Positions 1 to 13,849 of a DNA stretch of 64,000 nt are shown here, piece by piece; the first letter of the stretch is position 1; each line of letters begins with the position of its first letter. The position numbers were made by a program, and so were the translations under genes. The notes beneath the pieces were generated by a model that searched no databases, had not been told where the DNA came from, and was given only the letters and a program-made list of their open reading frames with translations. Source of the DNA: the human T2T-CHM13v2.0 reference genome, Homo sapiens; the NCBI RefSeq assembly GCF_009914755.1, contig NC_060947.1, one strand, 5' to 3'.

Positions 1-2499
<2,499 letters not shown>

Positions 2500-2547
2500 T
2501 TATTTTGCTTGTTAGTTGATGCAGTTTCTTCCTAGTCTCGATGGTCT

Positions 2548-3568
2548 TTACATTTTGGCATGATTTTGCCGCGGCTGGTACCAGTTGTTCCTTTCCATGT
2601 TTAGCGCTTCCTTCAGGAGCTCTTTTAGGGCAGGCCTGGTGGTGACAAAATCTCTCAGCATTTGCTTGTCTGTAAAGTATTTTATTTCTCCTTCACTTAT
2701 GAAGCTTAGTTTGGCTGGATATGAAATTCTGGGTTGAAAATTCTTTTCTTTAAGAATGTTGAATATTGGCCCCCACTCTCTTCTGGCTTGTAGAGTTTCT
2801 GCCAAGAGATCCGCTGTTAGTCTGATGGGCTTCCCTTTGAGGGTAACCCAACCTTTCTCTCTGGCTGCCCTTAACATTTTTTCCTTCATTTCAACTTTGG
2901 TGAATCTGACAATTATGTGTCTTGGAGTTGCTCTTCTCGAGGAGTATCTTTGTGGCGTTCTCTGTAATTCCTGAATCTGAACGTTGGCCTGCCTTGCTAG
3001 ATTGGGGAAGTTCTCCTGGTTAATATCCTGCAGAGTGTTTTCCAACTTGGTTCCATTCTCCCCATCACTTTCAGGTACACCAATCAGACGTAGATTTGGT
3101 CTTTTCACATAGTCCCATATTTCTTGGAGGCTTTGCTCATTTCTTTTTATTCTTTTTTCTCTAAACTTCCCTTCTCACTTCATTTCATTCATTTCATCTT
3201 CCATCGCTGATACCCTTTCTTCCAGTTGATTGCATTGGCTCCTGAGGCTTCTGCATTCTTCACGTAGTTCTCGAGCCTTGGCTTTCAGCTCCATCAGCTC
3301 CTTTAAGCACTTCTCTGTATTGGTTATTCTAGTTATACATTCTTCTAAATTTTTTTCAAAGTTTTCAGCTTCTTTGCCTTTGGTTTGAATGTCCTCCCAT
3401 AGCTCGGAGTAATTTGATCGTCCAAAGCCTTCTTCTCTCAGCTCGTCAAAGTCATTCTCTGTCCAGCTTTGTTCCGTTGCTGGTGAGGAACTGCGTTCCT
3501 TTGGAGGAGGAGTGTTGCTCTGCTTTTTAGAGTTTCCAGTTTTTCTAGAGTTTCTGTTTTTTCCCCAT
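2548..3568 (-). pseudogene. L1 ORF1p, frameshifted near codon 6
   Basis: ATGGGGAAAAAACAG at 3568, stop at 2548; span is 1021 nt versus 1017 for an intact 338-aa ORF1; C-terminal part (KRPNLRLIGVPE...QNHAKM) is open. Confidence 0.93.
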
Positions 3569-4474
3569 CTTTGTGGTTTTATCTACTTCTGGTCTTTGAT
3601 GATAGTGATGTACAGATGGGCTTTTGGTGTGGATGTCCTTTCTGTTTGTTGGTTTTCCTTCTAACAGACAGGACGCTCAGCTGCAGGTCTGTTGGAGTAC
3701 CCGGCCTTGTGAGGTGTCAGTCTGCCGCTGCTGGGGGGTGCCTCCCAGTTAGGCTGCTCGGGGGTCAGGGGTCAGGGAACCACTTGAGGAGGCAGTCTGC
3801 CCGTTCTCAGATCTCCGGCTGCGTGCTGGGAGAACCACTGCTCTCTTCAAAGCTGTCAGACAGGGACATTTAAGTCTGCAGAGGTTACTGCTGTCTTTTT
3901 GTTTGTCTGTGCCCTGCCCCCAGAGGTGGAGCCTACAGAGGCAGGCAGGCCTCCTTGAGCTGTGGTGGGCTCCACCCAGTTGGAGCTTCCCAGCTGCTTT
4001 GTTTACCTAATCAAGCCTGGGCAATGTCGGGCGCCCCTCCCCCAGCCTCGCTGCCGCCTTGCAGTTTGATCTCAGACTGCTGTGCTAGCAATCAGCGAGA
4101 CTCCGTGAGCGTAGGACCCTCCGAGCCAGGTGCAGGATATAATCTTGTGGTGCGCTGTTTTTTAAGCCGGTCGGAAAAGCGCAGTATTCAGGTGGGAGTG
4201 ACCCGATTTTCCAGGTGCGTCCGTCACCCCTTTCTTTGACTCGGAAAGGGAACTCCCTGACCCGTTGCGCTTCCCGAGTGAGGCAATGCCTTGCCCGGCT
4301 TCGGCTCGCGCACGGTGCGTGCACCCACTGACCTGCGCCCACTGTCTGGCACTCCCTAGTGAGATGCACCCGGTACCTCAGATGGAAATGCAGAAATCAC
4401 CCGTCTTCTGCGTTGCTCACGCTGGGAGCTGTAGACCAGAGCTGTTCCTATTCAGCCATCTTGGCTCCTCCCCC
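3569..4474. promoter_or_regulatory. L1 5'UTR with sense promoter (leftward) and antisense promoter (rightward)
   Basis: CpG-rich relative to the window; YY1 core CAAGATGGC near the 5' end; plus-strand donors CAG|GTGCGT (after 4214) and CTA|GTGAGA (after 4358). Confidence 0.75.
4024..4239 (+). CDS. ORF0: L1 antisense ORF0, 71 aa, open
   Basis: MSGAPPPASLPPCSLISDCCASNQRDSVSVGPSEPGAGYNLVVRCFLSRSEKRSIQVGVTRFSRCVRHPFL matches the primate L1 ORF0 peptide in sequence, length and position; expression unknown. Confidence 0.85.
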   Translation: MSGAPPPASLPPCSLISDCCASNQRDSVSVGPSEPGAGYNLVVRCFLSRSEKRSIQVGVTRFSRCVRHPFL

Positions 4475-4479
4475 TGTAT

Positions 4480-6290
4480 CTGGAGATTTCAACACCTGTG
4501 CCAGTAATTGATAGAGCGAGCAGGCAGAAAATCAGTAAAAATATAGATGATCTGAATGGTACTATCAATTTTATCTAATTGATATATTTTTTTTGTTTTT
4601 GTAAGTTTTTATTTTGAAATAAGTTTAGATTCACAAAATCTTACCAAAATATTCCAGAGTTCTTGAATGCCCTTAACCCAGCCTCTTCCAAAGATAACAA
4701 CTTACATAAGCATAGTTCGTTACCAAATACAGGAAAGTGAAGTTGTTACAATACTGTTAACTACAGAATTTATTTGGAAATCACCAGTTTTAACATGCAT
4801 GCATTTTTGTTTGTTTTTTATATGTAGCTTTAAGAAATCTTAACACATATATTGATTCATGTCACCACCACCGTAATCGAGATTCAGAATGTTGCATCAA
4901 TGCAAACTCCCTCATGCTACTTTTTCATAGTCACAACCTCTCCTCAGCCCTAACCCTTGGCAATCAGAAATCTTTTCATCTTTAGTTTTGTCATTAGTAG
5001 CATGTTATAAAAATGGAATCATACAGCATGTACCCTTTTGGTATTGGCTATTTCAACTAAAGCAAATTAACCTGAAATCCATCCAAGTTGTTCTGCGTAT
5101 CATTGTTCTGTTTTTATTGGCCACTAATAATCTATGATACGAATATGCCACTATTTGTTTATTCACCCACTGAAGGACATCTAATTGATATTTATAGAGT
5201 ATTCCACCTAACAACAGCAGAATACACATTCTTTTCAAGCACTCATGGAACATTCACCAAGATAGACCATCTCCTGGACCATAAAACAAATATTGACAAA
5301 TTTTTAAAAATTGAAATCATACAGTATATGCTCTCTTACCACAATGGAACATAGAAAAAATAACAGCAAATTTTCAAAACACATTGGAAACTAAACAACA
5401 TCTTTCTAAGTAATTCATCAGCCAAAAGAAAGCCTCGAGGGAAGTAAATAAATGCACTGAAGTAAATGAAATGAAAATACAATGTATCAAAATTTTTGGG
5501 ATGCAGCTAATGCAGTGATAAGCAGGAAATTTACAGCAGTAATTTTTTATTTTAGCCAAGAGGAAATAGTCTCCAATCAATAACTTAAACTCCCACCTCA
5601 AGAAACAAGAAAAAGAAGAGCAAAATAAATCCAAAGCAAGCATAAGGATGGAAATAATAAAGGTAAGAGCAGAAGTCAATAGGGTTGACAAGAGAAAAAC
5701 AATACAGAAAATCAATAAACAAAAATTTATTCTTCGAAAACTTTGAAAACTCTTCATAGAAAAAGAAACTCTACTGTAATCAATGTTGAAAATATAAAAC
5801 TTTGGTGGGGGGGGAATATCTGCAACACCTATTACAAAGACTAAGTTTCTTAACATATGGAAAGTTCCTAGCAGTCAATAAGAAAAATGACCAACAGCCT
5901 ATTCAAAAAATGGGCAAAAGAAAATGAGCAACAGTTCACAGAACACTGAACATGTCTTTACATACTCCAAATGTTAAGATTAAGAGGTTTGATAATATAT
6001 TAATTTATGATAATATAATAAAAATATGAGAAAATAACCTCATATATTGTTGATGGAGCTGTAAACTCTCTGAAATCACATTTTATTTGGTCCAGCAACT
6101 CCAGTTTGATGAATTTACACTACAGATATACCTACACATATTTTAAAATACTTATACAAAAGGATATTTATTGTACATTGTTGCAGTAGCAAAAGATGGA
6201 CTATAACCTAAATGTCCATCAATAGGAGACTGATTCAATTATTGTGCATTTATGCTATGAAATATCATGCAGTCATTAAACAAAAAATAT
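4480..6290 (+). mobile_element. Old L1M fragments (ORF2 endonuclease region, then ORF2 3' region)
   Basis: GGAGATTTCAACACC (GDFNT) at 4482; LIDIYRVFHLTTAEYTFFSSTHGTFTKIDH from about 5181; later AAATGGGCAAAAG and CCTAAATGTCCATCAATAGG L1 3' motifs. Confidence 0.85.
4586..5178 (-). mobile_element. 5'-truncated L1MC/MD-type 3' end nested in the older L1
   Basis: T-rich tail at 4586-4615, L1 3'UTR-like body, exact 13-bp TSD ATCTAATTGATAT at 4573-4585 and 5179-5191. Confidence 0.8.
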
Positions 6291-6599
6291 TTGATGTGGT
6301 GGATTGAAAACATGTTCACAAATCCTTGCCACTCCAATCAAGATGTGGAGTCTGACTGTTTACTACCATTTTAAAATGTTTTCTTACATGAATGTGGTAT
6401 TTAAACACAATTTGGAATTTTACCTTGTATAACTTAAGAAGCAGAGAGAGTTTGTTTAGGGGGTAGATCTTCCTTCTATGAAGCAAATGTTCCATTATTT
6501 CCTTCTGGTTAGAAGTATCAGTCCCAGAGAATGATTCTATGGCTCCTAAAATAACACTACTTATAATGACACCTAGTCAGAGCTAGATTGACTGATTAT

Positions 6600-7430
6600 T
6601 TTCTTAGATAACAGCCTTTTTGAGAAAGATCACATATTTACATCAAACCTGGCTGTTTACATTGTACAAGTTAAAGGTTTTTAGTATATTAACAGAGTTG
6701 TGCAACCATTACCACAATCAATTTTAAGATATTTTTAACATCCTTCCCCAAATCTTACATCCTTTAGCAGTCACTCCTAATCTCTTCTTCCCTAGCCCAT
6801 GGCAACCACTAATACACCTTCTCTCTCTATGGATTTACCTATTCTGAACATTTCGTATAAGTGGATTCATACAATGTGTGGTCTTTTGTGTCTGGCTTCT
6901 TTTACTTAGCATAATGATTTCAGGTTTATTCATGTTGTAGCACGTAGCAGTACTTCATTTTTTATTGCCAAATAATATTCCATTTTATGGATATGCCATA
7001 TTTTGGTTATCCATTCATCAGTTGATGGACATTTGAGTCATTTTTGCCTTTTAATTACTACAAATAATGCTGCTATGAGCATTTATGTACACGTTTATGT
7101 GTATATCTATGTATTGAATTATTTTAGATATATGCCTAGGAGGAGAATTGCTGGTCCACATGGAAATTCTGTTGAACCTTTTGAGGGACAGTCAGGCTAT
7201 TTTCTGAAGTGGTTGAACCATTTTACATTCTCACCAGTAATGTGTGAGAGTTCTGTTTCCTCCAACTCCTTGCCAGCACTTGTTATTATATGTCTGATTA
7301 TAACCATCCTAGTGAGTGTGAAGTAATATACCTCATATACCTTTATATATTTTGGATATTTATAAGAGCCTGATCAGACATATGATATTCAAGTTTTTTC
7401 TCCCATTCTGTGAGTTTTTTTTTTTCATTT
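6600..7430 (-). mobile_element. L1MB-type 3' fragment
   Basis: GAGTTGTGCAACCATTACCACAATC, GGCAACCACTAAT, CCATTCATCAGTTGATGGACATTTG hallmark L1MB 3' sequences. Confidence 0.85.
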
Positions 7431-7739
7431 TCTGTTTTGTAGCAAATTATATAGTTTGCTTTTTAAGGAAATCTAATTATTTATTTGATAATTGTGCATA
7501 TAAAAGTTAGAAGTGAGAACATAACGAGTTAGGAGTGCAGCCTCTGAATTCATATATATCTGGACGTCCAAACTTAACAGACTTTTTCCTGCTTAAAATC
7601 ATGAAAGTAATTTTGTTTAGGTAGCCATTCTGGCATGTTTGTCCAACCATACTCTTAAGGGAAACCTTAAATATTAATCCAGTCATAGTGACTCAATTCA
7701 CATTGCCATTGATTGCTAACAGTGATGATGTGACAATTC

Positions 7740-8907
7740 TTTTTCCTTTAATAGATTTATTGAGATAAAATTCACATGCCATAAAATTCACCCATTTAAC
7801 GTATACAGCCATTTAACATATAGATTTTACCTATTTAACGTAACACCCATTTAACGTATAGATTTTTAATGTATTTACAGAACTGTGCAACCATCACCAC
7901 AATTTAGTTTTAGAACATTTTCACCATCCCAAAGGGAAGCCCTGTACCCATAATCAGTCACTTCCAATTCTCTCCCTGCCCTAGCCCCTGGCAGGCACTA
8001 ATCTACTTTCTGTCTTTATAGATTTACCTATTCTGGACATTTCACATAAGTATAGAGTTATACAATATGCAGCCTTTTCTATATGGCTTTTTCCATTTGG
8101 TATGGTGTTTTCAGGGTTCATCTATGTTGCAGGATGTATCAGTACTTCATTCCTAGATATGGTTTGGATTTGTGTCCTCGCCCAAATCTCATGTTGAATT
8201 ATAATCTCCATTGTTGGAGGAGGGGCCTGGTGGGATGTAATTGGATTATGAGGGTGGATTTCCTCCTTGCTGTTCTTGTGATAGTGAGTGAGTTCTCATG
8301 AGATCTGGTTGTTTAATGGTGTGTAGCACCTCCCCCTTGGCACTCTCTTCCTCCTGCTTCTGCCATGTAGGACATGCCTGCTTCCCCTTCACTTTCCACC
8401 ACGATTGTAAGTTTCCTGAGGCCGCCCCAGCCATGTTTCCTGTACAGCCTGCAGAACTGTGACTCAATTAAACATCTTTTCTTTATAAATTACCCAGTCT
8501 CAGGTAGTTCTTTATAGCAATGCAAGAATGGACTCATACATGCGGCATGTATCAGTACGTCATTCCTTTTCATGATTGAATAATATTCCATTGTATGGAT
8601 GTACCACAGTGTGTTTATCCATTCATCCATTGATGGACATGGATAAACATGTTGGGTTCTTTTCAACTTTGGGCTATTTTAAATAATGTTTCTGTGAAAA
8701 TTATTGTACAATTTTTTGTGTGGACATATATTTCCATTTTTTCTTTGCTAGATACACCAGAAAGGAAATGCTAGGTCACATTTTAACCATGTTAAATTAT
8801 AATCAACATGTAACCTTTTGAGGGACTGTCTGTTTTATACAGTGGATATACCGTTTTGCATTTCCACAATGGGAAATTGAACTTTCCAGTTTCTCCACAT
8901 TCTTGCT
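7740..8907 (-). mobile_element. L1MB-type 3' fragment interrupted by an MST LTR
   Basis: Same hallmark motifs as the 6600-7430 copy; L1 sequence resumes after 8540. Confidence 0.85.
8155..8540 (+). mobile_element. ERVL-MaLR solo LTR, MSTA-type
   Basis: GATATGGTTTGGATTTGTGTCC...CCCAAATCTCATGTTGAATT start and TTTATAAATTACCCAGTCTCAGGTAGTTCTTTATAGCAATGCAAGAATGGACTCATACA end. Confidence 0.92.
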
Positions 8908-8922
8908 AATAAGCTGATTCTT

Positions 8923-9220
8923 TTTTTTTTTTTTTTTTTAGATGGACTCTCGCTCCTTCACCCAGGCTGGAGTGCAGTGGCGTGATCTTGGCTCACTGCG
9001 GGCTCTGCCCCCCAGGGTTCACGCCATTCTCCTGCATCAGCACCCCGCGTAGCTTGGACTACAGGTGCCCGCCACCTCGCCTGGCTAATTTTTTGTATTT
9101 TTAGTAGAGACGGGGTTTTACCTTGTTAGACAGGATGGTCTCGATCTCCTGACCTCGTGATCCACCCGCCTCAGCCTCCCAAAGTGCTGGGATTACAGGC
9201 ATGAGCCACTGCGCCCGGCC
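8923..9220 (-). mobile_element. AluY-family element
   Basis: Full dimeric Alu with AluY diagnostics (TCACGCCATTCTCC, GGATGGTCTCGATCTCC); exact 15-bp TSD AATAAGCTGATTCTT at 8908-8922 and 9221-9235. Confidence 0.96.
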
Positions 9221-11748
9221 AATAAGCTGATTCTTAATGGAGATGACAGGAACCTAGAAACCAAAGAGGATCATGAGAAAGAGAAGTAGTCAGGGAATCA
9301 GGTCAGAGACAAGGAAACAAACAAAGGATTGGAAGGCTCATGGATTCATAGCAACCAAAACTTCAAGTAGTTTAGATATTATGCCTGCCTAGATTCAGAG
9401 CCCCTGCTCTTCCCACTGTATTATATTTCTCTATGAGAAATTTTTAAAATGGAAATGAGGGAAAAGTGAGTTAGAGGAAGAGGATAGGAAAGCACTTAAT
9501 GAGATTGAAAGCTACCAAAATTATCCTTTCTCTGTTGAAGCAGAAATAACAAAGTCCCAACTTCAGGCACTGAACAATGGAAGTCATATCTGATCCTTGA
9601 AGAGGATGGCTCTTCCTTTACCCTGAATTGAATCTATGTTCATCTGCCACCACTGTGCCATTTATCACTTCCAATCACATTCAAAGAAGTAGCGATATCT
9701 CATTCCCAAGGTTCTGCATCCCCCTGTTTAGCCTTTCCCACCCACATGGGCTCTGCGGTTTTGAAAATGTCTTGTTGGTTTTTCTGCAGCCTGGGACCAG
9801 GACACCACACGCTCAATGGATGTTGTAAGGAATTACAGGTGATGTTTGTGTCTTGTGAGTATGGATGTGGAGATCATACCCTTCAGTTAAGAATAATTCT
9901 AATTCTACTATCCACTAGTCTTTTTCATAAAATGGAGTTGCAAAGCCTCCCAAAGCTGTCTCCTGTTAGTGGTCATTATCCTTATTGCATTCTGTTTTTT
10001 CCACTATTTAAATGAAGACATACTGCCCGGCATCTCCCCCAGGCACAAGTTCTACTAGTAATGACAATTTTTTCATTAATACCAATTGTATACATAATCT
10101 TATTGAGTTTCCACAATAACCTAGAGAGAAAGAAACTGTGATTACCTTTAGGTTTTATATGAGGAAACTGAGACTATCGTGCCTTTGGATTGATCAGAGG
10201 CTGAATTTAAAGATAAGTGAACATTGTTGGACAAACAAAAGACCTCCCAGCTCTCAAAACAATATCTACTGGAGGTAGGTGGAAGAGAAGGTGGGTAGAA
10301 TTAGGGTTTTCAATGTGGACAATAATCAAGTACAAAGGAGACAGTTATCTATCCAGATGGTTTAGACTAATGATTCCCAACATGCTTCATGTTGTGACAT
10401 GCTAATTTTGTCTAATTTTATTAATTCCCTGAAGCAATATGTGGGTTCTTAAAAGTAATTAAAGTAGAATTAAATGTTATGTTAATTAAACATGGCTTTA
10501 AATGAATTTGAGATGATGTGAATTGGTTTTGCCCCTTGGGATAACTGCAAAGTGCCTATCCTGATTTTGTGACAACTCAGAGTATTAGGAACTGAAATCT
10601 TCAGAAACTTGAAAGAGGTGACTGAGCCAGAATATCTATCAGGTCCCTGAGTTTGCATCTTAGAAGTTTTGTCCTAGTTGTCATTTGGTACCTGTGGGAG
10701 GTAATTCCAGTGTTATGGTAAAGTTCATTCTAGAGATGAATAATCCTCCTCAGATTTACCTTTCTTTTTATCTTTTTCTTTTGGGCTGCTCCTTCTCCTT
10801 CATGCTATCACTATAGTAAGGCAACTGGACCGCCATGCTTTTTGGATTCACTCCCCATTTACCTCTCTGTCCTGCTTAGATTTCTCCCACTTTCGGTTCC
10901 CATGGCCAGGGTCCTGTCTAACCTATTTTCCAAGCATCAAAAGTGTCTTTACAAATCTGTTCTGCAACTCCCACTACTGATGACTTCTGTGATATTCCTC
11001 CTTTGGTCAAGTTGGTCTTCTTTCCTCCTCCTCTGTGACTTGGAAGCCTTTAGTTCCCACTATACCATATCCATAAGGATTCATTATTCTTAACATTGTC
11101 AGTTGGCCCTCTGCTCCAGATCATGCACATGTCCTTCTACCCCTCACCTCCCACCTGACTGCTCTCAGCCTGTGCTATAGACTCAGGGTGTTTGCCTGAT
11201 TCCCCTTGACCCCCATCCTTGGGGTAGACACTTACTGGGCTGAGATAGGCTGGTTTCAGTGCCCGTGCCAAGGTAGTCTGCATGTTCCACTGCATAATCT
11301 GAGGACAAATGTCTGGTAAAATCTTTCAGAATTCCAGTCATTTCTCCTGTCCGCCTGTTCAAACTGAAGTTTCATTTAAAGCCTTTGTGTTTACGAGAGG
11401 TTTGATCATAGAAGGCAAATCTTCCCAGTAATGTCATTTAGCCTATGTTTTTATTTCTGCATTTAATAAAATGCAGTCAAATTCCAAATTGTGTATTTCA
11501 CTCTTGCTTGAGCATATTGATAGAAGCTGTTGTCAGCTATGTGTTCTTCCTATCAATCAGTCTTTTCAAAGTTCTTTGTTAACAATTAGTCATCAGGGTT
11601 CATCCATACATTGTTGTATTACACAATCAATCATTAAACTCAAGGGGAAAAATGCTTATTGATGTGCATATTTTTCCCGATATATTTTAAGTGAAAAGAG
11701 CAGGGTAAAAAACCGTATTACATTATTATTCTATTACAAACACATTTA

Positions 11749-11771
11749 CACACACACACACACACACACAC
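11749..11771. repeat. (CA)n microsatellite inside an old L1ME-like 3' fragment
   Basis: About 11 CA units. Confidence 0.9.
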
Positions 11772-13674
11772 CCCCCATGAATATATTTTAAATGGAAGAT
11801 TAAAAGGACACCAAAGTGCTAACAGTGATTGTCTCTAGGTGCCAAGATTGATCAATTTATATGTTCCCCTTCCTTCTCCATATTTTCCAATTTCTCAATA
11901 ATGAGTGTGTAATTCTTTTATAGTCAGGAAAAAGTAATTTTAGATAATTCAATTAGTTATCAAGGTCAACCAGCATGTGTGGAAAAGGTGACAATTCTTA
12001 CTGAAGAGAAATTAACACCTTTATTGTTATGAATTGAGGTTACTTTTTAAAGTAGGAACCTATCTCTAAAATTAAAATGGAAGTGGAAACTTACTGAGTT
12101 TGAAAGAATCATTTTACATATCACTTTTCAAGTAAAACCAATTTCTATTTTGCTTTTTCTTCAAGTGCTTAAACATTTTCTCTTCTGGGGCCCTTATTTT
12201 ATGCTCCCCAAGAGAAAGGGCCATGTCTCCTATTTCCTTTGGCATCTCCCACCCCCTCCCCACTCTCTTTCCTGTACTGCTATACACCCAAGAATAAGTC
12301 AGTGCACACGATGTGCACGCAGAAAATGTTTGTTAATGGACTTGGTTATTTCCGTTTTCTACTAAATCTCATCCTAGTCATGTTTTCAGAATCATAGAAC
12401 ATGGCTCCTTACTCCTCAGAAGCCTGGTATCTCTCCCTACTGCTCTTGCTTAGTGCCCTGGGTCCCAGAACTCCACCCTTAGATCTTCACTCTTGCAGTG
12501 TGAGGTAGACCCCAGCCAGTTCCGAGCTCCAGGGCCCTTGCAAGGATGCCAGGTTTACGCCAGCCATTTTCCCTGACTCATGGGGGCTTGGCCAGCAGGT
12601 CAGTCACTACCCAGGAGGCCAGTCACTACCCAGTCTCGAACATTCCTCCCTGAATCAGATGCTGCTGACTGGATACCTCCAAGAATCCCAGTGGGTTGAC
12701 AGAAGTGTCAGCTTTAGGCCAAAGGAGTCTCTGGGATGTCCTTGCCTTGGACAGAAGCTGGGGACCACACAGCCAGCTGACTCTGCTGCCCTGCCTTTGG
12801 GGTTATAGCATCTTGCCACTGGGCCCCCCAAACTATCCTTTCCCTCAATACCTGCTCATTTGCTCAGGTCCCCGGATCCAGCCTAGGGACTGTCTCGGCA
12901 GGGTCCTTCTATCAGAGAGCCCAGGACCAGATGCTGCTCTGAGCACCACCACCCAGAGCAGCACCAGGGAGGGATGCCCAGCCCAGAATAGCTGGAGCAG
13001 CCCCCCTGCCCCCACCCCCTGCCGACCAGGGAAGCTGACTGAGCTCACCCTGAGTGTGCTGGGGGGCAGAGGAGACCATGCAGATGTGCTGAGAGCTCCC
13101 TGGAAAGCAAGGCTCAGCTTCTTCTGCTACTGTCACCAGCAGATGGAGAGAGGGGTCAGTATTTATCCTCTTGTAACACCTGAGGGGACAGAGTTGCTGA
13201 CATGTCTCATAGAGTCCTTGTCCCCCACCTCCCTCACCCATTGCCCACACTCCCTCATCCTCTCACTTCAAGAGGCCTTGTTACCCCCCTAAAGGCCTGG
13301 ATTAGGCTCCACTGGTTAAAAATCTTGTTCTAACTCCAAGTCCCCTAGAATGTCCATACCTTTAAGGGCTGGCACTGGTGCAGCAGGACTGAGGTAGAGA
13401 CCCCAGAGATTCACTTACATAGCTGTTTCCAGTAGCCAAATGACCAGGGACCACTATTTATGAGACAATAGGATATCCCTTTCCTGAGAACATGTTGGCC
13501 AAGCAGCAGAAGTGGGTGTGTTGTCCCTGAGGCTGAATTTGGTGGTCTTGAGACCTAGCATAGTGAGGCCAAACACTGACTTGGATGGGTGCTGAGCCTG
13601 TGAAGGAAAAAACTCTACCAGAGAAACCTGACTGGGTTCGCTTTGTTTGTACAGATCTAGTGGAGTTCCCCTTA

Positions 13675-13712
13675 AGCCTGAGAGGCCACTGGAGCCTGAG
13701 AGGCCACTGGAG
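13675..13712. repeat. Perfect 18-bp tandem duplication
   Basis: AGCCTGAGAGGCCACTGG twice plus AG. Confidence 0.95.
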
Positions 13713-13849
13713 ACCAAGTCTGGTTATACGCTGTAGAAGCTGGGTAAATACCATTTGGAGCACAGGTCTGCAGCAGATCCAGAGTAAATAAAACCTGATA
13801 CCTGCATTGGACATCTAAAAAATGTTGAATCTGGCAAGCTATAAATGAT

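Noticed and set aside
5374-5856. 160-aa hydrophobic ORF resembling a membrane protein
   Set aside because: Reverse strand of A-rich L1M ORF2 sequence
7790-7865. Short imperfect repeats CCATTTAACGTATA as a CRISPR-like or functional array
   Set aside because: Only about four irregular copies inside an L1MB 3' end; local slippage
12696-13292. 198-aa ORF as a stand-alone gene
   Set aside because: Non-ATG start, Pro/Ser/Leu/Cys-rich with no recognisable domain; long frames are expected in GC-richer DNA. Kept only as part of the exon-like island finding
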